Shown in pieces: positions 1-12,171 of a stretch of DNA of 64,000 nt. A model generated the notes under the pieces. It did no database searches. It worked only from the letters and a program-made list of their open reading frames with translations, and was not told the origin of the DNA. Every line of letters begins with the position of its first letter. Within the stretch, counting starts at the first letter, position 1. The stretch is from Tubulanus polymorphus (Eukaryota; Animalia; Nemertea): positions 7,998,001 through 8,062,000 of the forward strand of contig NC_134031.1 of NCBI RefSeq assembly GCF_964204645.1. The letters are read 5' to 3'. The translations under genes and the position numbers were made by a program.

Positions 1-125
1 TAATGTCGCAGATAATTATGGTATACATATCGAAAATACACATGTAATAACAAGTATGGCTCGGTTAAGTTCGTTATGGCGCGACATCCAAGTTATTTTG
101 ATTTCGAATATTTGTGTATTTTTAG

Positions 126-1613
126 GATCAGATTTTTCAAACGTTACTATTTTCGTCGTGGATGAATTTCTACCAAGTGATCTGTACGACTTGTTCCCTA
201 TAGATGAACAGACCACATCAACATCTACTGGTAAGTCTTCCTATATGGAGGCCATTTTCATCCGGCATTTCGTATTAATTCTGCTTTATATGCACCCCGG
301 TAATGTTTCTTTTTGCCAAAAATCATTCCTTTCGGAGATCATTCGCCTGAATATGAACTGTCTTTGCACGAGGTCTGTAACCTTAAACAAACTCCTTAGT
401 TCCTTGAAATTGTCAATAACTCTCCACTTACTATTGATTAGTTTACTTATGTTTTATAATTGAAGTGTCTCCATTTTGTATATACATGTAATGTTAAATT
501 TATGCTGACCTTCATGGTGTGAAAATGAACAGGTAAATGAAAACAACAGAATGAATAAAATACTGAATATGTTCTGTTTATAGAAAGCCCGACTTCAAGG
601 CAAGATACAACATTGTCATCATCAACATCACCATCGGATCTAACATCGATAAGTTCAAGTTCACCTGCAACAGCATCTATTGATCCAAAGACCAGTCCCA
701 CAAACTCGGATGCAACGCCTAGTGTTAATGATGCTGATACCACGACAGCAGATGGATCAACTATAGCACAAACAACAGCTAGAAAACATGGAAATTTCAC
801 AAGTTGCGGCACAATCTCTCAACTAAAGGAAGGCCAGATAATGCTGATAGAGTGTCCACCTGGTGTTGTAGGACAGTATGTCGTGTTGATGAAACAGAAC
901 GCTATCGGGAGCCCTCTCACTGTCTGTGAGGTTCAGGTTTACGGGAGGCTGGAGCAAATTATGCCAACTACGACATTGTCAACAACCACATTACTAACAA
1001 CTTCTAAACAGCCAACCTCCACAGGTAGATCTAACAACACACTTTCCCCGAACAGCCTCTCGGTGTGAAAAGCTCACCAAAATGCTTAGTTATTAAATAG
1101 ACTTAACTTTTGTTATTGGATGTTATAATAGAACAACAACTCATTGAACGCTGATCTTTTTAAAAATACTTATTGCCAAAATCAAATTACATGTTTAGGT
1201 ACGAATGATGTGGTTAGCAATGAAAATCTTTGTGTTGCATTTTGTACTCTCGCAAATTGGAAACATTATGTAATGCAAGTACCAATGAAGCCTACCGCAT
1301 TTAGATAAACTATTGTATTATTCATATTTCAGTGATCACCACACTCGCTGCTACTGACGCCCCGGTAGATGAATTCCCTGTTATACCAGTTTCAGTTGGT
1401 TCTACTCTTGGTGCTCTTGTTCTTCTGATCGGACTGATATTTCTGATACTGAGACTGCTGAACAAACCGCCGTTCCAACAAACTAAAGTACACGAATTTA
1501 CGACTGAAGAAAATTCAGAAAACTGGTCCAATTCGGAATCGGATTTTGGTTCCGTCAGTCCGCGGTCAATTACTTCCATAACCGCCGTTCATCCTAACAT
1601 TGTTTCTGGATAG
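126..1613 (+). CDS. 3' part of a type I membrane protein with F-type lectin (fucolectin/discoidin-like) domain, Ser/Thr-rich stalk, TM helix and short tail; exons 126-230, 584-1024, 1333-1613; 5' end outside window
   Basis: AG/GT boundaries join in phase 1. The translation contains CPPGVVGQYVVLMKQNAIGSPLTVCEVQVYG, matching the F-lectin C-terminal motif C..GRYV....L.LCEVEVY. Hydrophobic VSVGSTLGALVLLIGLIFLIL is followed by basic residues. TAG stop at 1611-1613. Confidence 0.75.
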
Positions 1614-2995
1614 GATAAAACCAAAATGGAGGCTAGCCAATTGTAAAATGGTTTATAGCACTCTCATTTGTATTTATTTGCACGCACAGAAACGATTAGG
1701 GAGGTTACGATTGGTCTCTACCGATTCCGGAATTCTCTTCTGGCGCATTCGTTTCAACTACGCTCTACATATTCCAGAAAAGCATAATCTCTAAATCAGA
1801 TAGAGGCAGTCGGTAGAGAGTTTTTAATCTCGAACCTTTAATCCATACCCGCCTTAGATTGACTTCTTACCTCATGTTTTGTTTCTCTTTTTCATATGTT
1901 ACCAAGGCACTACTATTAAAACACCGTGTTTGAATTGTGTATCAATATCATCATATGTTTTTGTTTATTGAAATATACGAGTTATGTTTAACTAACTATA
2001 GTTGTTATTTTCATTCAATGTACGACGGATAGAAACATTTTCTAGATACAAAAATAAAGATTACTTTTTACGCAAACTGAAAGGCAAGAATTAGGAATAT
2101 GATGAGACTCAGTGGCGGATTTAAGAGGGGGTGGAAGCGGTGTACGCCCGGCCTTATTATCGCTGAGATGCGTTTTGAAAAAGACAACGGGTGTGGATTT
2201 TGTACTCAGATGCCGGGAAATTGGATATACGGCATCCTGTATTTCAAAATTTGCTGAGGGATTACATCTACCCCGACCGTTAGCAACAGCTCCAGAATAG
2301 GATTGTGCCGAGCCAGGAGAAATTAGAACCGATATTTCATCATTTCAAATAATTCAAAATTTCAAAATGAAATAAAATTGTCTACCAACCGTTTTTCAAA
2401 GTTTTGGATGAAATAACTTTTTTACAAATAAAATGTAGCCCCGACCAACTGCAACCTCTGGAAGTAATCAGATAAATGCGGTATGGTCCACAGGGAATTG
2501 ACAAAAAATGATTTTGACCCCAGTATCCCAGGTACTTTATATAAAAAGACAAGGGAGCCAACTTTCCGTCAGATCGGTCGATAGGTATGTCACTTCAACA
2601 GTTCGTAACTTCGTTATTGATAATCCAATCCGCTTCAAGTAAGATTTTATGAAGTGCGGAGTTACAAAAGATTTATAAATTAATTCTAGATGACAAGATC
2701 TAAGTTTTCGGCTAAGTAGTTTCAGTGGATTTAGGAGTTTTTGGGTTTTAGTAGCCATATGTACGATGTTTTCATAAAAATTTAGTTTTGATCAAGAATA
2801 AGGCCTAGATGTTTTTGGGATTGTTTCGTAGGTATTTTTCCCCGTCAAAGGTGTCCAACAATGCGGGACCTGTGGGACCGCCTCAAAATGGCGCCTGGTA
2901 ACTGGAAACATCCCTATTCAAAGCCGGCTTAAAAATTTTAAAAATGGGGTTAAGTGGTTCCCGTGCTTCTGTAATTGAAAGAAAACAGGTGTTCA

Positions 2996-3201
2996 CCTAC
3001 TTCAAATGTAAGCCGAAAAAAGGGAAATTAACTGTATTTTCCTTATTTGTTGCATGGTTTTTATCGTATACACTCTGAATCGGCAGCTTCCTTCAGCATT
3101 TTCAGTCAACACATACTGGCACCTGCTTCCATGGTAGTCATATTTTTCGAATGCCAGGTAATTTAGATCACCAGATCTTATACAAAATCCATTACATCGG
3201 G
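2996..3201 (-). pseudogene. Degenerate von Willebrand factor D (VWD) domain exon fragment
   Basis: After an acceptor (ctgattcag) it reads CNGFCIRSGDLNYLAFEKYDYHGSRCQYVLTE, resembling the VWD start C...GDPHY.TFDG..YDF.G.C.YVL. Key residues are degraded and a frameshift and stops follow. No partner exons were found. Confidence 0.55.
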
Positions 3202-3554
3202 CTGAATCAGCAAAATTTGAAAGAAGTTGAGTTACTGAAGCCATAGTGCATCTGGCTCGTTATATCAAACGGTAAGTAACTAAACCTTATTGCTTCGTAT
3301 ATAACATGATTACAAACAGGACCTTTAGCAAGTAATCAAAATTAACTGAAGCCCAAAAGCTGAATTCGAAGGGATTCTCATACAGATGACTGAGGACAAG
3401 AAACACTTCGATCAACACATCATTGGTACTCTAATGACGACGACGACATGCAGCGATGATCCATCTCTGTAATAAGTGCATTTTTAAACTCTCCGGTCGA
3501 TGGGATATGGGAATTCAATAGTTTCAAGTTTTTTTTCTTTCTTTAGGGGAAATA

Positions 3555-4054
3555 TACGGAAGCGTCCCGGGACATGAGAAATAAAAATAACTATCTGATT
3601 TAAGAATTGAAAAAACCAATTCAAGTATTTTTGATGAGATGTAACTCGTCCGAAACTCGATATATCAATTAGAATATAGAATATTTTCCTATTCACCAAC
3701 GAGTAATAACTAGCCAGAAAATCAAAACCTTTTTTTATGAAATCATATATACATCCCAAAGCATGAAACACTGCCATCCGAACGAATTTAAAAAAAAAAT
3801 CTTTCGATTTATGAATTAAAAAATATAATCATGTTCATGAAATATCAAAAAAGAGATACGTTCGATTTATGAATTAAGGAATAGAGATTCGTTCGATTGA
3901 ATTAGAAAATATAGTTTGACGAGATATATTTCGTTGGAAAATGGGAAACAATTATTTCAATTGCTAAATCGAGTTTCTGATGAGTTACATCTCATCAAAA
4001 ATATCTGAATTTACTTTTAAAAATCCATTAATTAGCTAGCAGGACGCTTCCGTG
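3555..4054. mobile_element. Non-autonomous DNA transposon (MITE), IS3EU-like
   Basis: Termini TACGGAAGCGTCC...GGACGCTTCCGTG with long imperfect inverted arms. Exact 6-bp TSD GAAATA at 3549-3554 and 4055-4060. Confidence 0.75.
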
Positions 4055-5357
4055 GAAATAGTTTCGAGTTTCAATTTAAGTTTATTGACGACTGGTTGTC
4101 AGCTATTCTCTATTAGACGGACTGGATACAGGCGAAATTGTTTATTTAAGATATACAATTTTTTCCGAGAAGAGGTATGCTATTCATATTGTGAAAAATG
4201 ATCGAATTTTCCCGAATTGAAAACGTTGATACAAGATTATCTCAGCGGTTTTTTGCGAATCTTGAGAATTGATCTAGTTTGGGTTTTTGGAAAATTAGTC
4301 CTAAGTCAATTTATAAGATATGAGTTTGTTGCGCTTACCTTGGATGGGTGCAGTCGTTAGAAATAGCACCAATATTTCCGTTAAACCTTGAAAATAATAA
4401 TAGATAAGCGTAATGAGTTGTACAGAGCCGTTGATATTCAAAGATAAAGAATATGAACCGTCTATGTCTCCACGACTGCTGATGGTCCTCGCGTGGTTGA
4501 GAAAGTTAATGAACTGTTTATTTCAACAATAGCAGCTCTCAACGTGCGTTATGTTTAACGCCTACTTTAAATTACTTTTCGACCTACCCCTGAAGGAATT
4601 GAGCATAGAAAGTTCCCCCAATTTACAAGATCATTTGAAGTTCATGATGGGAACATTAATTAAATGAAATATTACCGATATACCTTTAGACGGGGATCCC
4701 GATTTATGATAACAGCATGTTGAGTTATATGTATCTCAAACATCTCACCCTTAAAAAAGTCAACCCCACTTACTAAAATGCCTTTTACCCAACATTACCC
4801 ACATTTCCTGACAACATTTCTAAAATGCTCCAGCAAAAACTGAATAGTATGGACAATAGACAGAACGTACAGTACCTATCAATGTCATTGTTATGTTATT
4901 GTTATGCGTCTTTTGGGCAATCTCCAAACAGGACACAGCTTTTCGATTTTTCAGTCGCAATGTATAATGATTATGAATAAATAACCCCATCACTTGATAG
5001 ATATTTTGAGTACTCGCACTTGAATTCACCATATAAACACATATTCAATTCAATCAATATTGATCGAACACGCAACGGGTCATTTACCTGGCATATATGG
5101 CACTAATGGCAGTACCGCTTCCAGAAAGTATTTCACATTGCATTCAAATTTTTCGAGATATGGGGCGAAAAAGGCGGAAATATGAAATTTGAATCACAGG
5201 AATATGTATCAGTGTATTTTGATCTTAAAATAGGGATTGTCCCTGTTGTTTATTTGGTTTGTAAATTTCGTTTGATTTTTTGATTGAGTGTCCCTTACAG
5301 ACCCACCACACCTGCCTGGTCAAAACAATTGCAAAGTATGGTACTGGTACATGGAAC

Positions 5358-6604
5358 TACGGAAGAGCAATGCGGCCAACAACATTTTATTTTCAGTTTA
5401 AAAAGTTGACTTTTCGAGTTAATGAGTCGACTTTTCGACTTTAAAAGTAGATTTTCCGACTTTAAAAAGTCGACTTTTCGAGTTTGTATGTCGACTTTTT
5501 GGCTTAGTAAGTCGACTTTTCGAGTTAGTAAGTCAACCATTAAAAAAGTCGACTTTTCGAGTTTATACGGCGACTATTCGACTTAGAACGTCGCCCTTTC
5601 GAGTTTAAAAATTCGACTTTTTGAGTTAATAAGTAGACTTTTCGAGTTAGTAAGTTGACTTTTCGAGTCAGTAAGTCAACTTTTCGACTCAAAAAAGTCG
5701 ACTTTTCGACTGTTACTTTTTGGGACTCGAAAAAACCGTCGCGAGCCTTTATCACGACAAGGTTATGTCGAAAATACGAGATATATAGCGAATTATCGAC
5801 ATAATTAAGTTGATACATCGCGTTAAGGTCGTCTTATCGCGATAACTTATCACGCGGTAAATCGTGACACGGATGACGACTTAACTTATGTCGATATACT
5901 GTATCTCGACATTACCGTACCATCGACATAATTATCACGAGTTAACCTAAAAATGTATGTCAATTCATTGAGACAACACCGCAAAAATTCGACATAAATA
6001 TCACGAAATTGTCAAATTGATAAATTATACTTATTCATATCGATATATTGAGATCGCTGACCTAATTCTTGTTCATAGAATACGTGAACAGTATCATTAA
6101 TCTAGACCTCAAACACTGAGGGAGACCTCATCGAATTACAAGATCTAAGGGCATTAAGGGTGTTCTTCCCTTATTCCTACAACCAATTTCAAGCTAGTGT
6201 AATTTTTCAGCCCTTCATAGGCAAATACAGATGGTTACATATTCAATTTAATTTTGCAGATGGTTTGCACATCACAGGGCTTTATGGGCAATATACTCCT
6301 TGAGATTTCTGCCTGTACCCCTACCCCCTCCCGTTTGACTACGGGCCTTGTGTATGCGTCCCTTTATTGAAATTAGGTCAGTTATGTCACTATATTGGGT
6401 TGAACAACTATCACTGCCGGCGGACGTACGGACGAACGAAAAGCCGACTTTTTAAAGTCGAAATGTCGACTTACTAACTCGAAAAGTCTAATTATTCACT
6501 CGAAAAGTCGACTTTTTAAACTCGAAAAGTCGATTTACTAACTCGAAAAGTCGACTTTTTAAACGGAAAATAAAAAATGTTGTTGGCCGCATTGCTCTTC
6601 CGTA
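5358..6604. mobile_element. Foldback-like non-autonomous DNA transposon, IS3EU-like, with subterminal AAAAGTCGACTTTT arrays
   Basis: TIR of about 30 bp (TACGGAAGAGCAATGCGGCCAACAACATTTT). Exact 6-bp TSD TGGAAC at 5352-5357 and 6605-6610. About 21-bp palindromic repeats lie in both arms. Confidence 0.85.
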
Positions 6605-7879
6605 TGGAACTCATCTCATGGGCACATCGGCTGTGCTAAAAATTCACTTTTACGTAGGTTTGAGGGCAAGTTGATGTCGGCTTCGTGTATTTAAGACCGT
6701 GACACTATCTACGTCAATTCGTGGCAAAAAGGCACTTTTACGTTAAGCTATGGTTTTGAGGGGCACTTACTTCGCCAAATCATGCCAAACAAAAGCACTA
6801 TTACGTCATGCCCATGGATTAAGGATATTTTTGCGGAAAACTCTGCATTGAACTTCACCCAGTCCTGAAAGTGGTTGCATCCACAGAGATCTCCATCGCT
6901 CTACGATCCTAAAATCTGTGGTACGGCACATCAGACACTAAGGTTCTTGATGAACATTGAACCCGTGTTTCGAACGTAGTGGAGACGCATAAGCCGGGTA
7001 CAGAATGTTTTTGATCTTAAAATAGGGATTTTCCCTGTTATTTATTTAGCTCGTAAATTTCGTTTGATTTTTTGATTGAGAGTCCCTTACAGACCCACCA
7101 CACAAGCCGGGAGCGAAACAGGGGGTTTGATTTTCAAATCGGAAATCGAAGTACAAATATAGTTGTGTGATCGGCGGTCGAGTTAACAGATTTTTTCTTT
7201 TTAAATTGAAGTGCATAATTGGAAATTCGGTTCCAGTTCATTCAAACAATGTTCCATTCAGTCTGAACCGGCAAGCAGCTGATTGGGTGAATTTTGGGGT
7301 GAATGTTCTTGGCTCCCTAATTCAATACATCGAGATTTTGGAAATAGCAATATCACAAGGTTGAAGATCATTTTGTCCATTTTATATTTTGTGGTTGTTT
7401 TCTACGTGTAAATAGTCCGATAGTTTATTGTAATTATTTTTTCGGGTAGATGTTGATGTAGAAGTCCTCTAAGTTGATGATCCCGCGTGTTGACTAGATA
7501 TGAAGGACGCACATTTCGAAACGCAAATTTTCCAAACGAGAGTATGGCCCTGAGGTATCCGAAATGTAGTTGTACAACATTAGAATGTTAGTGTAGACGT
7601 AAGTAGCTTTGGTCCTCTAGTGTTTGTTTTTAGGACAATGCTCTTCAGTTACTGCAGGAGAACAGCCAATCATATCTTTAATCGAGAATCAATGTCAAAC
7701 AAAACGACTCGTAGTCACACAGGATATTTCGAATTTCCGAAAAAGGCAATCTCGACGCGTTAATCCTCATTCTAGAGTAGTTTGAATCAGACAGAAAATA
7801 ATCATAATTTTCATATTCAATATAATTGATTTTATTGGCTTACTATGTTACAAACATTTCTTTTTAACAACGATTTATA

Positions 7880-8281
7880 TCACCAACAACATCTACCAAT
7901 AGCAAATCCGCTACCATGGCAGCAGTTGACATCTGGTCCACCAATCACCCACCAGGTTCCTCGTTTGCCGTTGACTTTACAGGTACATGGAATTCCTCTC
8001 TTTTCAATCTCAACTTCTATAATGCACAGAGAATTTTTTCGTGATTTTTCAGATATTTGCCTCATGAGTTATTGTTAGAACCAAATGGATGGACCCATAA
8101 GATGCCTAAAAGATTTTTGTTCAAATTCTACTGAATAAATGGTTCAGGGCCTTGCAACATTGGTTTAGGACCTTGTAAGCTTGTCTGTAGAAACAGATAT
8201 GATATGATATTCACCTTCAGCAGCAATGGCTCCAATGACCATGAAAACGGCCAAGGCAACGAAAAGAGTTTTGGTAAACAT
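7880..8281 (-). CDS. Secreted six-Cys beta-defensin-fold/anemone-toxin-like peptide A1 (67-aa precursor); coding exons 8281-8215, 8016-7880
   Basis: Spliced product MFTKTLFVALAVFMVIGAIAAE-EVEIEKR-GIPCTCKVNGKRGTWWVIGGPDVNCCHGSGFAIGRCCW*. Phase-1 GT-AG intron, 5'UTR exon donor at 8387, TATAAAA at ~8454-8460, downstream AATAAA. Confidence 0.9.
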
Positions 8282-9354
8282 TCTGAAAATTGTATGAAAC
8301 AAGATAATTTCAAAGAATGAGTTATCACGTTTAAGGTGAATATCTGAGACTAAAATGCAAATGAATTTAGATCATTGATAAACTTACCTGAATGAGTAGA
8401 TGTATGAATTTTGCGTAGACAATTCAACAATACAAACTGGTAGAAATCAGTTCTTTTATATCTATAGGGCATATTTACATGTAATCGGCTTTTCAGATGA
8501 TACTTTTCACGTATGCATAAAAACAAAGGCTTTACATTTTCAATGAAGATATTTTTATGTATTTTCAATGTTACTAAAATAAACGCCTAAGCCACAGCTT
8601 GCAATTTCATGTCGCTCATATTTGTTCAACTCCACCGCTTTTTAGGAATATATGGGATGCGAGGAAATCGACACTGATTCGGGTTTTAAGATCTGTTCGA
8701 CGTTTAGCAAATAAACAAACAAACAAAGAAATGTTTCTATTCTCTTATACTTGTTTTTTATTTTCTCATCAGAATATTTGGAGGTGACTACAGAAAAGGG
8801 CACAATTCAAAGAATATTTCGGGGCCCGAAAATAGCGTTACTCTTGAGTCCCACAATCACATGTTCGAAAGAGATTTTAAAACATCAAAACTATACAGAA
8901 TTTCACAGTATATATACAAGCAAGAACGACATGCTTGTATTGTATATATACTGTGAAATGTCATAATTTTAGTCACTCTTGAGAAAATTCGAGGTTTTAA
9001 CAAATTCTTTATAGTTTTGATTGTTTTAAAATCTCTTTCGAACTTGTGATTGTGGGACTCATATTTCATTCGTCTCTCGCGATTTATTGCGCAGTTTTAT
9101 CACCTTAGCGTAACTCTTGATTTCTTTCATATTTTGGAATGCTCTGGCTACATACCGTATTTGAAATGTATTATTATACTTTTATCTTGTTTTTGAGCTT
9201 CAAAAGAATCTGACCCTTAATTTGAAAACGTTCATTAATTTACCACTAGTTCGGCTCAAGTAGGGTATTGCATAGTATAGTTCCTTCGCGTATGTTTACT
9301 GCGTTGTTCGGTTTATGTGTATCCCAAAGAAAGTTGTCATGTCGACACATTCAC

Positions 9355-9633
9355 ATCGCCAGCCATTAACATTCCATGTGTCAACGTGTCGACGTATCTA
9401 CCAACCAAAATTTAACTATTAACGATCTATTAACCTCATACACCAAACACACCACGTGACCAAAAACATGATAAACCCCGTGACACCGCCAGCCATTAAC
9501 ACTCTGGCCTACATTCCATGTGTCAACGTGTCGACGTGTCTACCCACACACATATATAAATTAATTCTTAACGATCCATTAACACCATACATCAAACACA
9601 ACACGTGACCAAACACATGATAAACCCGTGACA
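9355..9633. repeat. Two diverged tandem copies (~130-145 bp) in the palindrome spacer
   Basis: CGCCAGCCATTAAC...CATTCCATGTGTCAACGTGTCGACGT...ACACGTGACCAAA.ACATGATAAACCC occurs twice. Confidence 0.8.
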
Positions 9634-10857
9634 ATCATACACTACATCCAATCGTAAAAAATTTCAAATAAATTACATGTTATTTTACATTTTACAACAA
9701 TCGCAATTAATCTAAGCTATCCACATCATCATGTTGACCACAGTACCGTTATTTCGGCGTTATTTCAATTTCAGTTGAACTACAAGCACGAGCACAAGAG
9801 AGTGCGGGATTCGGTAAGTATACCAACCGCAAAAGGCGCACGCTACTCGACACATTTTCTATAAACCGGCACCGGAGACATTGGCACCTGATGCGACGCT
9901 GCTTAAAAGTGCCGGAATAAATAAGGACACTTATACCGCGGGATACCATCGGGGTGTCTTAAATGAATGGACGTTTTGAAATTAAGGGTCAGATTCTTTT
10001 GAGACTCAAAAACAAGATAAAAGTATAATAAAAAATTCCAAATACGGTATGTAGCCAGAGCATTCCAAAATATGAAAGAAATCAAGAGTTACGCTAACGT
10101 GATAAAACTACGCAATAAATCGCGAGAGGCGAATGAAATATGAGTCCCACAATTACAGGTTCGAAAGAGATTTTAAAACATCAAAACTATAAAGAATTTA
10201 TTAAAACCTCGAATTTTCGGTTTTATCCTAAAAACCATTCTCAAGAGTGACTAAAATTATGACATTTCACAGTATATATACAATACAAGCATGTCGTTCT
10301 TGCTTGTATATATACTGTGAAATTCTGTATAGTTTTGATGTTTTAAAATCTCTTTCGAACATGTGATTGTGGGACTCAAGAGTTACGCTATTTTCGGGCC
10401 CCGAAATATTCTTTACGATCCAAATTGTGCCCTTTTCTGTAGTCGCCTCGAAATATTCTGATGAGAAAATAAAAAACAAGTATAAGAGAATAGAAACATT
10501 TCTTTGTTTGTTTGTTTATCTTGCTAAACGTCGAACAGATCTTGATTTCCCGAGAGCAAACCTATGAGCAGTCACCGTAAGATTCTTCTTAGCACCAGTT
10601 TGAAAAAATGAAAAATACAAGTCTCCATCTTAAAACCCGAATCAGTGTCGATTTCCTCGCACCCCATATATTCCTAAAAAGCGGTGGAGTTGAACAAAAT
10701 GAGCGACATGAAATTGCAAGCTGTGGCTTAGGCGTTTATCTTAGTAACATTGAAAATACATAAAAATATCTTCATTGAAAATGTAAAGCCTTTGTTTTTA
10801 TGCATACGTGAAAAGTATCATCTGAAAAGCCGATTACATGTAAATATGCCCTATAGA

Positions 10858-10936
10858 TATAAAAGAACTGATTTCAACCAGTTTGTATTGTTGAATTGTC
10901 TACGCAAAATTCATACATCTACTCATTCAGGTAAGT
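10858..10936 (+). promoter_or_regulatory. TATA box, initiator-like CCAGTT and non-coding exon 1 donor of gene A2 (conserved in A1, A3, A4)
   Basis: TATAAAAG at 10858, CCAGTT about 20 nt downstream, CAG|GTAAGT at 10930/10931. The same layout is seen in all four A copies. Confidence 0.7.
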
Positions 10937-11036
10937 TTATCAATAATCTAAATTCATTTGCATTTTAGTCTCAGATATTCACCTTAAACGTGATAATTCA
11001 TTCTTTGAAATTGTCTTGGTTCATACAATTTTCAGA

Positions 11037-11438
11037 ATGTTTACCAAAACTCTTTTCGTTGCCTTGGCCGTTTTCATGGTCATTGGAGACATTGCTGCTG
11101 AAGGTAAATATCATATCATATCTGTTTCTACAGACAAGCTTACAAGGTCCTAAACCAATGTTGCAAGGCCCTGAACCATTTATTCAGTAGAATTTGAACA
11201 AAAATCTTTTAGGCATCTTATGGGTCCATCCATTTGGTTCTAACAATAACTCATGAGGCAAACATCTGAAAAATCACGAAAACATTCTCTGTGCATTATA
11301 GAAGTTGAGATTGAAAAGAGAGGAATTCCATGTACCTGTAAAGTCAACGGCAAACGAGGAACCTGGTGGGTGATTGGTGGACCAGATGTCAACTGCTGCC
11401 ATGGTAGCGGATTTGCTATTGGTAGATGTTGTTGGTAA
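11037..11438 (+). CDS. Secreted six-Cys peptide A2 (mature peptide identical to A1); exons 11037-11103, 11302-11438
   Basis: MFTKTLFVALAVFMVIGDIAAE-EVEIEKR-GIPCTCKVNGKRGTWWVIGGPDVNCCHGSGFAIGRCCW*. GT-AG phase-1 intron. AATAAA at 11482-11487. Confidence 0.9.
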
Positions 11439-11861
11439 TATAAATCGTTGTTAAAAAGAAATGTTTGTAACATAGTAAGCCAATAAAATCAATTATATTG
11501 AATATGAAAATTATGATTCTTTTCTGTCTGATTCAAACTACCTATCTAGAATGAGGATTAACGCTAGTCGAGATTGCCTTATTCGGAAATTCAAAATATC
11601 CTGTGTGACTACGAGTCGTTTTGTTTGACATTGATTCTCGATCAAAGATATGACTGGCTGTTCTCCTGCAGTAACTGAAGAGCATTGTCCTAAAAACAAA
11701 CACTAGACGACCAAAGCTACGTACGTCTACACTAATATTCTAATGTCATACAACTACACTTCGGATACCTCAGGGCCATACTCTCGTCTGGAAAATTTGC
11801 GTTTCGAAATGTCCGTCTGATTCAAACTACGTATCTTAATGACAATTTATTACTACTCTGA

Positions 11862-12171
11862 AGCTTCGTCTACACTTACTTATAATACCCGGGTTACGCG
11901 TCTACACTTTGTTTGAAACGAGGGTTCGATGCAGAGTTCTCTGCAAAACCCGGGTATCGATGGACGCGGGTTCGACGAAAACCCGCGTTCGCAGTGAGTA
12001 TGTAGCCTGATCTACACTTAACTCACACGGGTCCAATGCGGAATGTAGGCTACCCTTCATTTTCAAGATGGGTTTCTGAAAACCCGAGTTTGGCGCAAAA
12101 CTCGGCATTGAAGCCGTGCTTCGAACGTAGTATAGACGCGTAACCCGGGTGCAGCGAGTGTAGACGTAGCT
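11862..12171. mobile_element. PIF/Harbinger-like MITE, co-duplicated with the peptide unit (copy 1)
   Basis: TIR AGCT(A/T)CGTCTACACT...AGTGTAGACGTAGCT with inner inverted repeats. The same element is at 14598-14906 and 21633-21942. Confidence 0.7.

Larger units (their letters stand above)
7506..11817. repeat. Large inverted duplication: arms ~7506-9242 and ~9960-11817, ~720-bp spacer, carrying divergent genes A1 and A2
   Basis: The arms are reverse complements with few substitutions and small indels. The A1/A2 start and stop coordinates both sum to 19318. Confidence 0.95.

Noticed and set aside
5295-5818. ORFs with repeating RKVDLLT units; superficially CRISPR-like palindromic array
   Set aside because: These are translations of the MITE's ~21-bp subterminal repeats. 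There are no unique spacers or cas genes, and the context is eukaryotic.
11349-11357. Internal GKR in mature A peptides as an amidation or cleavage site
   Set aside because: It lies between Cys2 and Cys3 of a presumably disulfide-locked domain and is absent from B. It is more likely a basic surface patch, though MS would be needed to exclude cleavage.
7845-11473. Paired ORF-track proteins (MLQTFLFNN..., MKIHKNIF..., MITHSLKL..., MRQISEKS...)
   Set aside because: They are antisense or off-frame shadows, or intron read-through, of the spliced A genes. They recur only because the DNA is duplicated.
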